A stretch of 64,000 nt of DNA from Promethearchaeota archaeon (lineage in GTDB: Archaea > Asgardarchaeota > Lokiarchaeia > Sigyniarchaeales > SOKP01), in the NCBI GenBank assembly GCA_016840085.1, contig JAEOTA010000086.1, positions 32,001-96,000 on the forward strand, written 5' to 3'. Shown in pieces: positions 51,602 through 62,527 of the stretch (positions are counted from its first letter, which is position 1; the number at the start of each line of letters is the position of its first letter). The notes beneath the pieces are model-generated. The model had not been told where the DNA came from, searched no databases, and was given only the letters and a program-made list of their open reading frames with translations. A program made the position numbers and the translations under genes.

Positions 51602-53236
51602 ATGAGTATTTTAGAAAAAGAAAAAGCTGAGAAAGTCGAAAGAATATCAAGAGAAGTAATAGAATATTTAATAAAAAATCCTGAAACTTTACGTGAAAAA
51701 ATAACTAATATTAAAGGAAGAATAAGTAAGAAATATTTCTACGATAAAGTTATTAAAAATGCAACAATCTTAGATTATGCGTTAGAAGAAGAAAAGCAAG
51801 TAATACTCCATATTCTTAAAAGAAGAATCACCAGAACTTTATCTGGGGTTTCTGTGATTGCTATAATGACTAAATCCCTTCCATGTCCAGGTACGTGTAT
51901 ATATTGTCCGGGAAAAAACTCTCAACCCGGCGAAAAAGTTGCACAATCCTACACTGGTCGAGAACCTGCGGCTATGAGATCTATTCACTGTGATTATGAT
52001 CCTTATTTACAAGTTCAGAGTAGAATCAAGGATTTAGAAGCAATAGGACATAAAGTAGATAAAATTGAATTGATCATCATGGGAGGTACATTCTTATCTA
52101 CAGATCCAAGATATCAGGAAGAATTCATTAAAGGGGCTTTAGAGGGTATTATTGAACAACGAGTAAACAATTTAAAAGAAGCAAAGAAACTTGCTGAAAA
52201 ATCTAAGAGGAGAGTTATTGGTATAACAATAGAAACAAGACCAGACTACTGTAAGGAAGAAAATGTGGATCAAATGTTAAATTATGGGACAACTCGTGTA
52301 GAAATTGGAATCCAGACGCTTTATGATGAGATCTATGAGTTGGTGAAAAGGGGGCATTCTACTTTTGACAGCAAGGAAGCAATAAGAATTGCTAAAGATG
52401 CTGGATTAAAAGTCAATGCTCATATGATGCCAAATTTACCTGGATCTAATATTACAAAAGATTTGGAAATGTTTAAGTTATTATACTCCAATCCGGAATA
52501 TCGTCCAGACATGTTAAAGATCTATCCTACTATTGTTGTAAAAGGGACTGAACTATTTGATTGGTGGAAAAAAGGAAATTATAAACCCTATTCTGAGGAA
52601 GAACTTATTAATTTAATAGCGCATGTGAAACTACATATTCCTCCATATGTAAGAATTCAAAGGATCATGAGAGATATACCAGCATATTTAATAGAAGCAG
52701 GATGCAAAAAAAGTAATTTAAGACAACTAGTTCAAGAAAAATTAGCGCATTTAAAGGGTAAATGCAATTGTATAAGATGCCGCGAATTTGGCTTAAGTAA
52801 AAAATTAGATTTGGGTAATGAGCAATTAATTGAAGATGTTAATTTATTTCGTTTAGATTATGATGCATCCCTAGGAAAAGAAATATTTTTGTCTTATGAG
52901 AATAGGAAAGAGAATTATTTAATAGGGTATTTACGCTTAAGAAAACCTTCTGAATTTGCTCATAGACCCGAACTAAATGATGGAAAAACATTAATCGTAA
53001 GGGAAATCAAGGTAGTTGGAGAAATGGTCCCAAAAGACTTGAAACCCAAACGTTTCATTCAAATTCAACATAGAGGATATGGAAAATTATTAATGGAAAA
53101 TGCTGAAAAAATCTCATTTGAAGAATTCGGAGCTAAAAAACTAGCAGTTATAAGTGGTTTCGGAGCAAGAGATTGGTTCTATGAAATTGGATATAAATTA
53201 GATGGTGTTTATGTCTCCAAAACCCTAAATCGTTGA
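51602..53236 (+). CDS. elp3: Elp3 tRNA U34 carboxymethyltransferase (radical SAM + KAT)
   Basis: RTLSGV, CPGTCIYCPG, QSYTG.EP, ETRPD, KIYPT, QHRGYG. Confidence 0.96.
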   Translation: MSILEKEKAEKVERISREVIEYLIKNPETLREKITNIKGRISKKYFYDKVIKNATILDYALEEEKQVILHILKRRITRTLSGVSVIAIMTKSLPCPGTCIYCPGKNSQPGEKVAQSYTGREPAAMRSIHCDYDPYLQVQSRIKDLEAIGHKVDKIELIIMGGTFLSTDPRYQEEFIKGALEGIIEQRVNNLKEAKKLAEKSKRRVIGITIETRPDYCKEENVDQMLNYGTTRVEIGIQTLYDEIYELVKRGHSTFDSKEAIRIAKDAGLKVNAHMMPNLPGSNITKDLEMFKLLYSNPEYRPDMLKIYPTIVVKGTELFDWWKKGNYKPYSEEELINLIAHVKLHIPPYVRIQRIMRDIPAYLIEAGCKKSNLRQLVQEKLAHLKGKCNCIRCREFGLSKKLDLGNEQLIEDVNLFRLDYDASLGKEIFLSYENRKENYLIGYLRLRKPSEFAHRPELNDGKTLIVREIKVVGEMVPKDLKPKRFIQIQHRGYGKLLMENAEKISFEEFGAKKLAVISGFGARDWFYEIGYKLDGVYVSKTLNR

Positions 53237-53323
53237 GATTTACTCATATTTAAAAAAATTTATCTTATTATGGTGTTTTATATAATATTAGTATATATAT
53301 TTGTCAAAAATCTTGAATAATGA

Positions 53324-53671
53324 TTGAGAATGGCTTCAGATAGACCTTTATCAAAAAAGAAAATAACCCAACAGACAATTTCTATTTCCCCCGCATTGAA
53401 AGATCGAATCGAGCAATATGTAATTGAAAATCATAAAAAATATCCTAATGATAATGGGTTTAAAAACATTTCTGCTTTTTATAATTATGTTATGGAGAAA
53501 ACTATGGATTGTTTTGAACAGGGCAAAACAATTGATGACTTTGAAGCTTTTGTAGATAGTGAAATTAAGGAGTTTTTCGAAAAAAACACTGAACAAGAGC
53601 AAATGTTAATAGAATATCTTTCACAACAAGCAGAAATTACTCAAAACAACGGTATTTTTTATTTAAACTAA
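53324..53671 (+). CDS. Small protein with N-terminal ribbon-helix-helix-like motif, possibly truncated
   Basis: QQTISISPALKDRI...NISAFYNYVM. Confidence 0.5.
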   Translation: MRMASDRPLSKKKITQQTISISPALKDRIEQYVIENHKKYPNDNGFKNISAFYNYVMEKTMDCFEQGKTIDDFEAFVDSEIKEFFEKNTEQEQMLIEYLSQQAEITQNNGIFYLN

Positions 53672-53926
53672 CTCATTTTAGTCAATTTCTTACTTAAATT
53701 TTCAAATTACAAAATGTTTTAACATTTCCAAAAGCAGTTCAGGATGATATTGTTGCGAGGCATTGTTATGCAAATGTATGAAATGAATTATGAATTAGTC
53801 CTTGCTGTTAACTATTTAAAATAACCTATATTAAAATATCCTAAATCTTTTTTGAAAATTAATATAAGATTTATTACTTCAATCTTTATAGTATTTGACT
53901 AAAATTTAAAAGAAAATTCGATTAAT

Positions 53927-55846
53927 ATGAACGAATTTGATTATGAAAAATTAGGTCTTAAATGCGGCTTAGAGATTCATCAACAGCTTGATACAGAGAA
54001 AAAATTATTCTGTAGATGTCCTGCTAAACTTCAAGGGACTCGAGAGCCAGACTTTACTATAAATCGAAGAATGCGTCCTGTTTTGGGTGAGCTAGGTGTT
54101 TACGATAAAGCGATGCTTACAGAATACGAAAAAGGAATGGGAATTACCTATGAAGGCTATAATGATGTGGTTTGTACTTATGAATTGGATGATACACCAC
54201 CTTTTTCCTGTAGCAAAGAAGCCAGAAGAATAGCCCTACAAATTGCGATGCTCGTTAATGCTAATATTATCGAAGAAATGCATGTTTGTAGAAAAAATTA
54301 CTTAGATGGAAGCGTCCCATGCGGTTTTCAGCGCACGATGATACTTGGGACAGATGGCTTCATTATGTTAGAAAATGGTAAGAAGATTCGAATAGATATA
54401 TTGAGTTTAGAGGAAGAAGCTGCAAGAAAAATTAAAACCGAAAATAAAATAAACTATTTTCGACTAGACCGCTTAGGAATTCCATTAGTGGAAGTTACAA
54501 CTAAACCAGATATTAGCACTCCAATTGAATGCCAAGAGTGTGCAGAAAGAATAGGTTTGTTATTATGGTCAACTAAAGTAAAGAAGGTGCTTGGCTCGAT
54601 TCGACAAGACGTTAATGTAAGCATAGAGACGGGGACACGAATTGAAATAAAAGGTGTGCAAAAATTAAGCTGGATTCCAATCTTAATCAATCATGAAGTT
54701 TCACGACAATTAAAACTCCTCGAAATAAAAGAAGAGCTTGAGAAGAAAAAATTGGACGAAAAAAACGTACAGGAGAACTTTATAGATTTATCTGGAGTTT
54801 TAGCAAAAACTGATTCTAAATTTATAGCTAAAGGTATTAAATCTGGAAAAAAATTATTTGGGATTAATTTTAGTGGATTTAAGGGTATTTTTGGAAAAGA
54901 GTTAATGGAAGATTATAGATTTGGCACGGAAGTTAGTAGTAAAGTAAAAGTTATATCTGGATTAAAAGGAATAATTCACTCTGATGAAGACTTAAATAAT
55001 TACAATTTTTCAAATGAAGATATCAAGAAAATCAAAGAAAAACTAACATCCAAAGAAGATGATTGTTTTGTTTTAGTTTTAGGTTCTAAGAAAGAAGTGG
55101 ATAAAGCGTTGAAAGTAATTATTAATCGTGTAAAGTTTGCGTTCAAAGGAGTTCCTCCTGAAACCAGAAGAGCCCTTGAAACGGGAAATACAGAATTCCT
55201 AAGAGAGCTTCACGGGGGTGCAAGGTTATATCCTGATACGGATACAGAAGCTATATTTAACTCAGAAGAAGAAATTAATGAAATAACAAAGAATTTACCT
55301 GAATATCCTTGGATAACTATAAAACAATATTCTAAGAAATACAAAACAGAAGAAAGATTGATAAAAGATCTTATTTTTACAGGAAAACTCAAGTTATTTG
55401 ATGATTTAATAGAATTTTATCCTGATAATCCCTCTTTAGTTTTCACAACTCTATTAGAAACCACAACTGCCCTTAGAAGAGAAGGGAAAAATATGGAAAA
55501 CATAACTGACAATGATTTTCTTGAAATTTTTGCTCTATTAAAAAAAAAGGAAATTAGTAAAGAAGCAATTGAAGAAGTGATGAGCCTTAAAGCAGACTCT
55601 CCAGAGCTCTCGATTGCTCAGATCAGGAAGAAATTAAAAATTGAGAGTATTTCATTAGAGGATCTAAAAAATCTAATAGCTGAGATTGTAAATAAAAACT
55701 TTAAAATGATAAAAGAAAAAGAATTGAGAGCAAAAGGACCATTAATGGGAGAAGTAATGAAAAAAGTCCGAGGAAAAATAGATGGTGCCATTGTTTCTAA
55801 GGAACTAGAAAGAATAATCAAAGAAAAATTAAAGGAGTTGAAATAG
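53927..55846 (+). CDS. gatE: Glu-tRNA(Gln) amidotransferase subunit E
   Basis: GLEIHQQL..KLFC, LEEEAAR, LDRLGIPLVE, IRQDVNVS, GVPPETR. Confidence 0.97.
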   Translation: MNEFDYEKLGLKCGLEIHQQLDTEKKLFCRCPAKLQGTREPDFTINRRMRPVLGELGVYDKAMLTEYEKGMGITYEGYNDVVCTYELDDTPPFSCSKEARRIALQIAMLVNANIIEEMHVCRKNYLDGSVPCGFQRTMILGTDGFIMLENGKKIRIDILSLEEEAARKIKTENKINYFRLDRLGIPLVEVTTKPDISTPIECQECAERIGLLLWSTKVKKVLGSIRQDVNVSIETGTRIEIKGVQKLSWIPILINHEVSRQLKLLEIKEELEKKKLDEKNVQENFIDLSGVLAKTDSKFIAKGIKSGKKLFGINFSGFKGIFGKELMEDYRFGTEVSSKVKVISGLKGIIHSDEDLNNYNFSNEDIKKIKEKLTSKEDDCFVLVLGSKKEVDKALKVIINRVKFAFKGVPPETRRALETGNTEFLRELHGGARLYPDTDTEAIFNSEEEINEITKNLPEYPWITIKQYSKKYKTEERLIKDLIFTGKLKLFDDLIEFYPDNPSLVFTTLLETTTALRREGKNMENITDNDFLEIFALLKKKEISKEAIEEVMSLKADSPELSIAQIRKKLKIESISLEDLKNLIAEIVNKNFKMIKEKELRAKGPLMGEVMKKVRGKIDGAIVSKELERIIKEKLKELK

Positions 55847-57205
55847 TTGAGTGAAAATTTAAAAGGTTATAAGGCAGAAGGAAAAAAACTTTTAGAAAAG
55901 AATAAAATAGAAATTTGGGATATAGTTCAAATTAAAACTACAAAAACCAATTATGAAGGAATTATTTTACCTAGAAGTGAGTATTCCGCACCCAATTTCA
56001 TTAACCTTAAGCTAAGTAATAATTACAATATTGGTATAAAAGTTTTTGAGATCCAAGAAATTAAAAAAATTGGAAAAAGAGAGGTTTCCTATAAAATTCC
56101 AGAGAAAGAATTTCCGAAAAATAAAAAACTTCCGAATGTCATACTATTAGGTACAGGTGGAACAGTTGCTTCAAGATTAGATTATACTACTGGAGCAGTA
56201 ATACCCTCTTTTACTCCAGGAGAATTATTTAGTGCAGTTCCAGAATTAGCAGAAATATGCAATCTTGAATGCGAAATGGTTTTTGAAATTCTATCAGAAA
56301 ATATGAAATATGAATACTGGCAAAAATTAGCTAAGAAAATTGAAGAAGCAGCAAACTCTGGGATTGATGGCATAATGATAGGGCATGGAACGGATACGAT
56401 GTCTTTTACCAGTGCTGCTTTATCATTCATGTTAAGGGGCCTAACTATCCCCGTAGTGTTGGTTGGAAGTCAAAGAAGCTCTGATAGACCCTCATCTGAC
56501 GCTGCTGTAAATTTAATAAATGCCGCTGTCGTTGCTGGTTCGAATATCGCCGAGGTGGTTGTATCAATGCTAGGTTCTACGTCACATGATTATGGATTAA
56601 TCCATAGAGGAACTTTAGTAAGAAAAATGCATTCTTCTATTAGAGACACATTTCGAACAATTGATAATATCCCTCTTGGGATGGTAAGGAATAGAGAAAT
56701 TAAAATGTTTACCCAAGATTATAGAAGAAGATTAAAATTAAAAACCACAGCCTTGACTGACTTTGAAAAGAAAGTCGCCCTTATTTATTCATATCCTGAA
56801 ATTGATAATGAGTTAATTGATTTCTATATCGATAAAGGATATAAAGGGATCGTTTTTGCTGGAACTGGATTAGGACATCTACCGACTACACTCTACAACT
56901 CGATAGAAAGAGCTGTACAAGAGAAAATGACAATTCTCATGACTACCCAAACACTTCATGGGTTTGTTGGTATGAACGTGTATTCAACAGGACGAGAATT
57001 GCTAAACCTGGGTGTTATTCCTGGTAGAAACCTATTACCAGAGGTTGGATATGTTAAATTAGGGTGGGTTTTAGGACAAACTAGTGATCCTGAAGAAATT
57101 AAAAAATTATTGCTCCAAAATATCGCAGGTGAATTTATAGACAGAGAATTACCAATTGCATTCAATTATAATATAGATGAACTTCTAAAGAACAATAAAC
57201 TCTAA
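55847..57205 (+). CDS. gatD: Glu-tRNA(Gln) amidotransferase subunit D
   Basis: TGGTVASRLDY, HGTDT, GSQRSSDRPSSD, RKMHSS. Confidence 0.97.
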   Translation: MSENLKGYKAEGKKLLEKNKIEIWDIVQIKTTKTNYEGIILPRSEYSAPNFINLKLSNNYNIGIKVFEIQEIKKIGKREVSYKIPEKEFPKNKKLPNVILLGTGGTVASRLDYTTGAVIPSFTPGELFSAVPELAEICNLECEMVFEILSENMKYEYWQKLAKKIEEAANSGIDGIMIGHGTDTMSFTSAALSFMLRGLTIPVVLVGSQRSSDRPSSDAAVNLINAAVVAGSNIAEVVVSMLGSTSHDYGLIHRGTLVRKMHSSIRDTFRTIDNIPLGMVRNREIKMFTQDYRRRLKLKTTALTDFEKKVALIYSYPEIDNELIDFYIDKGYKGIVFAGTGLGHLPTTLYNSIERAVQEKMTILMTTQTLHGFVGMNVYSTGRELLNLGVIPGRNLLPEVGYVKLGWVLGQTSDPEEIKKLLLQNIAGEFIDRELPIAFNYNIDELLKNNKL

Positions 57206-57297
57206 CCCTACATCTTTCATAACTTTATTAGGAGAAAAGAATTTAATATAAAATTTTGAAAAAGTAATATAAACCAGAATAACTTATTTTCCTTTCA

Positions 57298-58584
57298 ATG
57301 AAAATTAAACAAATTAATCCTGCAGTTTTTAAAAAACTATCACTTGAATTTCAGAGTTATATAGATGATAATAAAACTGGTTGCGTTCTTTGTGCAATTT
57401 ATCATCGAGATAAACTCGTATACTGTAATAAATTTGGTTGGAAAGATAAAGAAAATCAGATTCCAATTGCTTTTGACGATATCTTCCGAATATATTCGAT
57501 GACTAAACCAATTACTTGTTTGGCTGCATTAATTCTTCACGAACAGGGGAAATATGATTTAGATGATCCGCTTGAGAAATATCTTCCTGAGTTCAAAAAT
57601 TTTAAGATATTAAAATCTTATGATGATAAAACTGGTGAAACTGAATTAGAAGAAAGTAAGAACCCAATAACCATCAAACAGCTTTTTACTCATACATCTG
57701 GACTTAGTTATGGTGATGATCCCGAAGAAATCCCAGTTGACAAGCTATATGGAGAGAAATTTGGCTTTACTGGTGAAAATAGGCTTAAAACAAAACTAGA
57801 GATGTTCCCCATAATGCCACCGTTAGATGAATTTAGTAAGCGTTTAGCGACTCTCCCCCTTGCTTTCGCACCAGGAAGAAATTGGTGGTATGCTTTCAAT
57901 CATGAAATCTTGGGTTTCCTAATTGAAATTCTTTCAGGAAAAAAATTAGATGTTTTTCTTAAAAAACAGATTTTTGATAAACTAGGTATGAATGATACTG
58001 ATTTTTACGTTCCTAAGGAAAAATGGACGCGATTAACAAAAGTATACACAAAGAATCAAGACGACAAATTAATCGAAGTAGAAGGGGCTATTTATGAAGG
58101 ATTCAAACATAAAATCCAGTACTTGTCAGGCGGGGGAGGATTGGTATCCACATTAGAAGATTACATGAAATTTTGTCTAATGATGCTAAATGGAGGAAGA
58201 TATAAAGATAACCAAATTGTATCTAAGGAAACAATAGAATTGATGACGTCCAATCAATTACCGAATAATAATACTTTTCTGGATATGCAGTATATTAAAT
58301 ATGAAGATTCTGAATCAATAAAAAGAAACGAAGGATATGGGTTTGGATTGGGTGTAATGGTGAAAATAGCAGAAAATATGTCAAGAAGTGGAATTGGAGA
58401 TTATAATTGGGGTGGAGCTTTTAATACATTCTTTGATATAGATCCTACGAATCAAGTAATTTCAATAGTCTTAACACAATATTGTCCAGAAGACAGTGAC
58501 TCGGTTTTTCCAATTGATTGGCTCAGAATAGACAATTTGGTTTACGAAGCGTTAGAAAAAGCCAATACTAAAATCAGAGAATAG
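57298..58584 (+). CDS. Serine hydrolase, beta-lactamase (class C/EstB) family
   Basis: FRIYSMTK (SxxK), LFTHTSGL, PG..W.Y, GGGGLVST, WGG. Confidence 0.9.
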   Translation: MKIKQINPAVFKKLSLEFQSYIDDNKTGCVLCAIYHRDKLVYCNKFGWKDKENQIPIAFDDIFRIYSMTKPITCLAALILHEQGKYDLDDPLEKYLPEFKNFKILKSYDDKTGETELEESKNPITIKQLFTHTSGLSYGDDPEEIPVDKLYGEKFGFTGENRLKTKLEMFPIMPPLDEFSKRLATLPLAFAPGRNWWYAFNHEILGFLIEILSGKKLDVFLKKQIFDKLGMNDTDFYVPKEKWTRLTKVYTKNQDDKLIEVEGAIYEGFKHKIQYLSGGGGLVSTLEDYMKFCLMMLNGGRYKDNQIVSKETIELMTSNQLPNNNTFLDMQYIKYEDSESIKRNEGYGFGLGVMVKIAENMSRSGIGDYNWGGAFNTFFDIDPTNQVISIVLTQYCPEDSDSVFPIDWLRIDNLVYEALEKANTKIRE

Positions 58585-58825
58585 GAAAAAAAGGTCCAAA
58601 GAGAAAAAGAATAATAAAGGGAGATTTCCAACTCTACACGCGAGGTTTATATAATACAATCCTGATTAGACGTCAAAACAAGCATTACAAGAACAACAAT
58701 TATTTAATAAGATTCATTTAATTATAATCATATCCTTATTTAAATTCTTAAATTTAATTGAAAACAATAAAAAATTTAAAGTTTAAATAATTTAAATTTA
58801 TATCCGGAAAATATCGTGAAAACGT

Positions 58826-59554
58826 ATGGGAAAACGTATACTTGCTCAACGGAAAGGTAGAGGGACATTACCTTTTCGATCACCCTCACATCGACACATT
58901 GGTCAAGTTAAATATCGCCCATTTAGACAGGGGGAAAAATTATTTAAATTTAAAGTTATAGATCTCCTCCATTCTCCAGGAAGAGGCGCTCCAGTAGCTC
59001 AAATTCAATATGATGATGGTGAGAAGAAACTTTGGCTACCCCCAGAAGGAATTTTTGAAGGACAAGAATTTATCCAATCTAAAACGGGATATGGTCAACC
59101 AATAAAAGTTGGAAATATTCTACCATTAAAAAAAATATCTTTAGGAACTCTTGTTTTCAATGTTGAGGCAACACCTCAAGATGGCGGTAAATTCGCACGA
59201 GCCTCTGGCGTTGCTGCTATCGTTAGGAATAAATCTGGCAATAAAGTAGAACTTCTATTCCGATCTAAAAAAACTAAATGGATAAATGAAAAATGTTTAG
59301 CTACTGTAGGCGTTGTAGCTGGAGGGGGCAGAACTGATAAACCATTCCTTAAAGCTGGAAATAAATTTCATTATATAAAATCTAAAGCAAAAAAATGGCC
59401 AATCACTCGCGGTGTAGCTATGAATGCAGTAAGCCATCCTTACGGGGGAGGCGCAAAGCAATCACCTCATAAATCAACAACGACTTCTCGCAATGCTCCT
59501 CCTGGTAGAAAGGTTGGGCAAATAGCTGCAAGGCGAACTGGGCACCAAAATTAA
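58826..59554 (+). CDS. rpl2: 50S ribosomal protein uL2
   Basis: MGKRILAQRKG, PGRGAP, GVVAGGGR, RGVAMNAVSHPYGGG. Confidence 0.97.
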   Translation: MGKRILAQRKGRGTLPFRSPSHRHIGQVKYRPFRQGEKLFKFKVIDLLHSPGRGAPVAQIQYDDGEKKLWLPPEGIFEGQEFIQSKTGYGQPIKVGNILPLKKISLGTLVFNVEATPQDGGKFARASGVAAIVRNKSGNKVELLFRSKKTKWINEKCLATVGVVAGGGRTDKPFLKAGNKFHYIKSKAKKWPITRGVAMNAVSHPYGGGAKQSPHKSTTTSRNAPPGRKVGQIAARRTGHQN

Positions 59555-59712
59555 GCTCTTTCCCTAACTAATCAATTCTTTTCAATTTAGAGATTCATAA
59601 TTTATATATTATTACATAGACTAACTGAATTTTTGATAATTTAAATAAGAAATAAAGAGATTCGCCGCCTCAACCCTTATTTTATGAAAAAAAATGGAAA
59701 AGAAAAACTAAC

Positions 59713-60603
59713 TTAATTTGTTTGAAATTTAAAAGTTAGATTTTGCAAAAATTCTTTATATCTTGAGCGTAAGGTCACCTCTGTAACCCCTATAACTCGT
59801 GATATATCTTTTTGACTTACTTTTTGGTTTTTTAGCTTCGATACTAAATATATTGCTCCTGCACACAACCCTTTTGGATCTTTACCGCAAATAGATGTAT
59901 TTTGAATGAAATTCTTTAATACTTTTATAGCTTCTTTTTCTATATTTATATTTAACCCTAAATCAGCACAATATCGAGGTATTAGTGACACAGGATCTAT
60001 ATGTTGAGATTTTAAATTTAATTCTCTTACCAAGATCTTATAGCACTTCTTTACAATGTTGTCATTAATAGAAGCTTCATCTAAAATCTCTTGAAGTGTT
60101 ATTGGAACCCTTTCTTGTTTGCATACATAATATGCACAAGCTGCTATCATACCATTTATAGATCTACCTCTTAGTAGATTCTTTTTAAATACTTCCTTAT
60201 ATAATCGAACCGCCGATTTCTTAACACGTTCAGGAAAATTTAAATTGCCGCCAATTCGCTTTAACTCCGTAATAGCTATAAGCATGTTTCTCTTTTCCCA
60301 TGATAAATGCGTATTCCACTTCGCTGCTCTCCTTAAATCAGGATTCTTAATCTTAGTTCTGTCAATAATCGTACTTAATCCAATATCAGGCATTAAAATC
60401 GAGATAGGACATCCAGTCCTCTCTTTTTTATCTTTCTCCTGCTTTGAATACGCTCTTATCCCACTATGAGAAATATCGACTTGCTTTTCGTTTAAGACCA
60501 AACCACATTGCTGACAAACGGTCTCCCCTCTCTGTTCGATTGAAAGGGTACCTCCCCCGCATTCTGGACAAAAACTTGTATGATGTGTTATTTCTACAAC
60601 CAT
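59713..60603 (-). CDS. tfb: Transcription initiation factor TFB
   Basis: CPECG Zn ribbon, two cyclin repeats (RGRSI, GKDPKG, VTEVTLRSRY). Confidence 0.95.
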   Translation of the reverse strand: MVVEITHHTSFCPECGGGTLSIEQRGETVCQQCGLVLNEKQVDISHSGIRAYSKQEKDKKERTGCPISILMPDIGLSTIIDRTKIKNPDLRRAAKWNTHLSWEKRNMLIAITELKRIGGNLNFPERVKKSAVRLYKEVFKKNLLRGRSINGMIAACAYYVCKQERVPITLQEILDEASINDNIVKKCYKILVRELNLKSQHIDPVSLIPRYCADLGLNINIEKEAIKVLKNFIQNTSICGKDPKGLCAGAIYLVSKLKNQKVSQKDISRVIGVTEVTLRSRYKEFLQNLTFKFQTN

Positions 60604-61335
60604 TAACCCTTACCTTATCCCAAATCTTATATTATGATTCTTGATACACACACAAGAATTCTTTATTTTTATTCAGTTTTTTTACACACAAATTAATCTT
60701 TTTTTTTACATCTAAGATATTTGTGTGGAAAAATTCTGTCAGTTATAACAAAATAGGTGACTCAAGTATATAAATGTTACTTTTTGTATAAAAAAATATC
60801 TAGGTAAAATCCATTTTTTATCCGTTTTTTTTGAAAAATTATTTTTTGTTATAAGTTTTAATGTAAAAAATTATTGATTCTTTATTATTGAAATCATATA
60901 ATATTGGCATTATACTAATTGTTGTAAAAATTCTTAATGAAAACTTAATTTTGTCGAAGTTAGAGTAACATTTAGGTTAAAATAAAATTCACTTCTACAA
61001 AAAAGTCTAAAACTAAAGAGTAACAAACTTTTTTATTTAGTTTTATAAATTCATATTACCTATTTTGTGTACAAAAATCATATTAATTTAGTTATAAGTG
61101 ATTTTTTTGAGCTAAAATATTTTTCTTATGGTCATCCCTCAAAATTTATATAATAAAAAAACGTTAAATAGTAATTCTTTTATTATTTTTTTACAAAAAA
61201 ATTAGATCTAAAATTAGTGGTCAAAAAATTCCCGCACCAAAGAGATCAGAAGAAAAATCAGGGGACACTGAAGAAAACTCAGATGATAAGGATTTAATCA
61301 AAATTGATAATAATTCTATTGAGAAATCGGATGAA

Positions 61336-62175
61336 ATGAAAAGATATGAAAAAGATACGGGGAGATATTCAGTATGGCGAAGTGTGGTGACCGAAGGCTA
61401 TAAAAAATGGCAAAAAGGGGAGAAAATATACCATCGAGACAAAGAACGAATTTCTTTATATGTTTCTGAAGATACTAAAACCAAATGGTTAGATTATACA
61501 AAAAATAATGGCTCTTTGACAATTTCTAAATTAATAAGACAAGCAGTGGAAGCTTTCATTGAAAGTAAATCCATAGAAAGTAATCACATCCTGAAAAAAT
61601 TAACTAAACATACAATTTCTAATATTTCTCATACTCTAAAAGAACCATTGACTTCAATAAAGGGATATTCACAATTACTTCTTGAGAATTATAAAGAAAA
61701 ATTGAATGATCACATATTAGACACTGTTAAAAATATTTTTGAACAGAGTGTTCTTCTAGAGACAAAAATAATCAATATTCTAGATAATATTAAGGTAGAA
61801 TCTGAATATGATTTACTATTAATTGAAGACGATTTAGCAACAATTCGTTTGATTACGAGTTATTTTGACAGTAAAGGATATAAATGTAAGGCCGTTGTAA
61901 GTGGATCTAAAGGTTTAGAAGAATTAGGGCATGCTACTCCTAAATTAATTTTATTGGACATAATTTTACCTGATTTAAGTGGCTATGATATTTGTAAAAC
62001 TATAAAATCAGATAAAGAATGGTCAAATATTCCTTTATATTTCTTAACAGCTATAGCTGGTTCTGAAGTTGAAAAAAATCTTGAAAAAACGAAAGCTAAT
62101 GGTTATATTCTAAAACCATTTAATTTTTCTGATTTTGAAGTTATTTTTGACATTTTGAAGAGTAAGAAAAATTAA
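61336..62175 (+). CDS. RHH + HisKA-like dimerisation + receiver domain protein (N-terminus probably extends to an ATT at 61213/61228)
   Basis: ERISLYVS...TISKLIRQAV; SHTLKEPLTSIKGY; IEDD, LLDI and KPF. Confidence 0.85.
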   Translation: MKRYEKDTGRYSVWRSVVTEGYKKWQKGEKIYHRDKERISLYVSEDTKTKWLDYTKNNGSLTISKLIRQAVEAFIESKSIESNHILKKLTKHTISNISHTLKEPLTSIKGYSQLLLENYKEKLNDHILDTVKNIFEQSVLLETKIINILDNIKVESEYDLLLIEDDLATIRLITSYFDSKGYKCKAVVSGSKGLEELGHATPKLILLDIILPDLSGYDICKTIKSDKEWSNIPLYFLTAIAGSEVEKNLEKTKANGYILKPFNFSDFEVIFDILKSKKN

Positions 62176-62527
62176 TAGATACTTTTTCTTTCAGTAATAT
62201 TCTTATCATTATATAAGTTCTTTTTGCAATAATTTGGACATAATCACGATAACACATTAACTTTATAATAAAAAAGATTTATTAACTGATAAAAAATTAC
62301 CAAATATTGTAAACAAATAATTATTTTTATAAAAAAAAATAGAAATACAATTTGTAGTGTTCAATTTTATAAGAGAGTATACAAAAATAGTATTAGATTT
62401 AATTTGACAAATTTATATATAATCTGAATAAAGCAATAAAAGAGATGGAGAAGAAATTCCGGGTGAAGAAAAAAAAAATAAAACTAAAACCGGGAAAGAT
62501 ATCGAAAATGATGATGATAGACCGAGT

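Noticed and set aside
53730-53812. Possible structured ncRNA or C/D box sRNA upstream of gatE
   Set aside because: No clean C (RUGAUGA) and D (CUGA) box pair; could be decayed coding sequence
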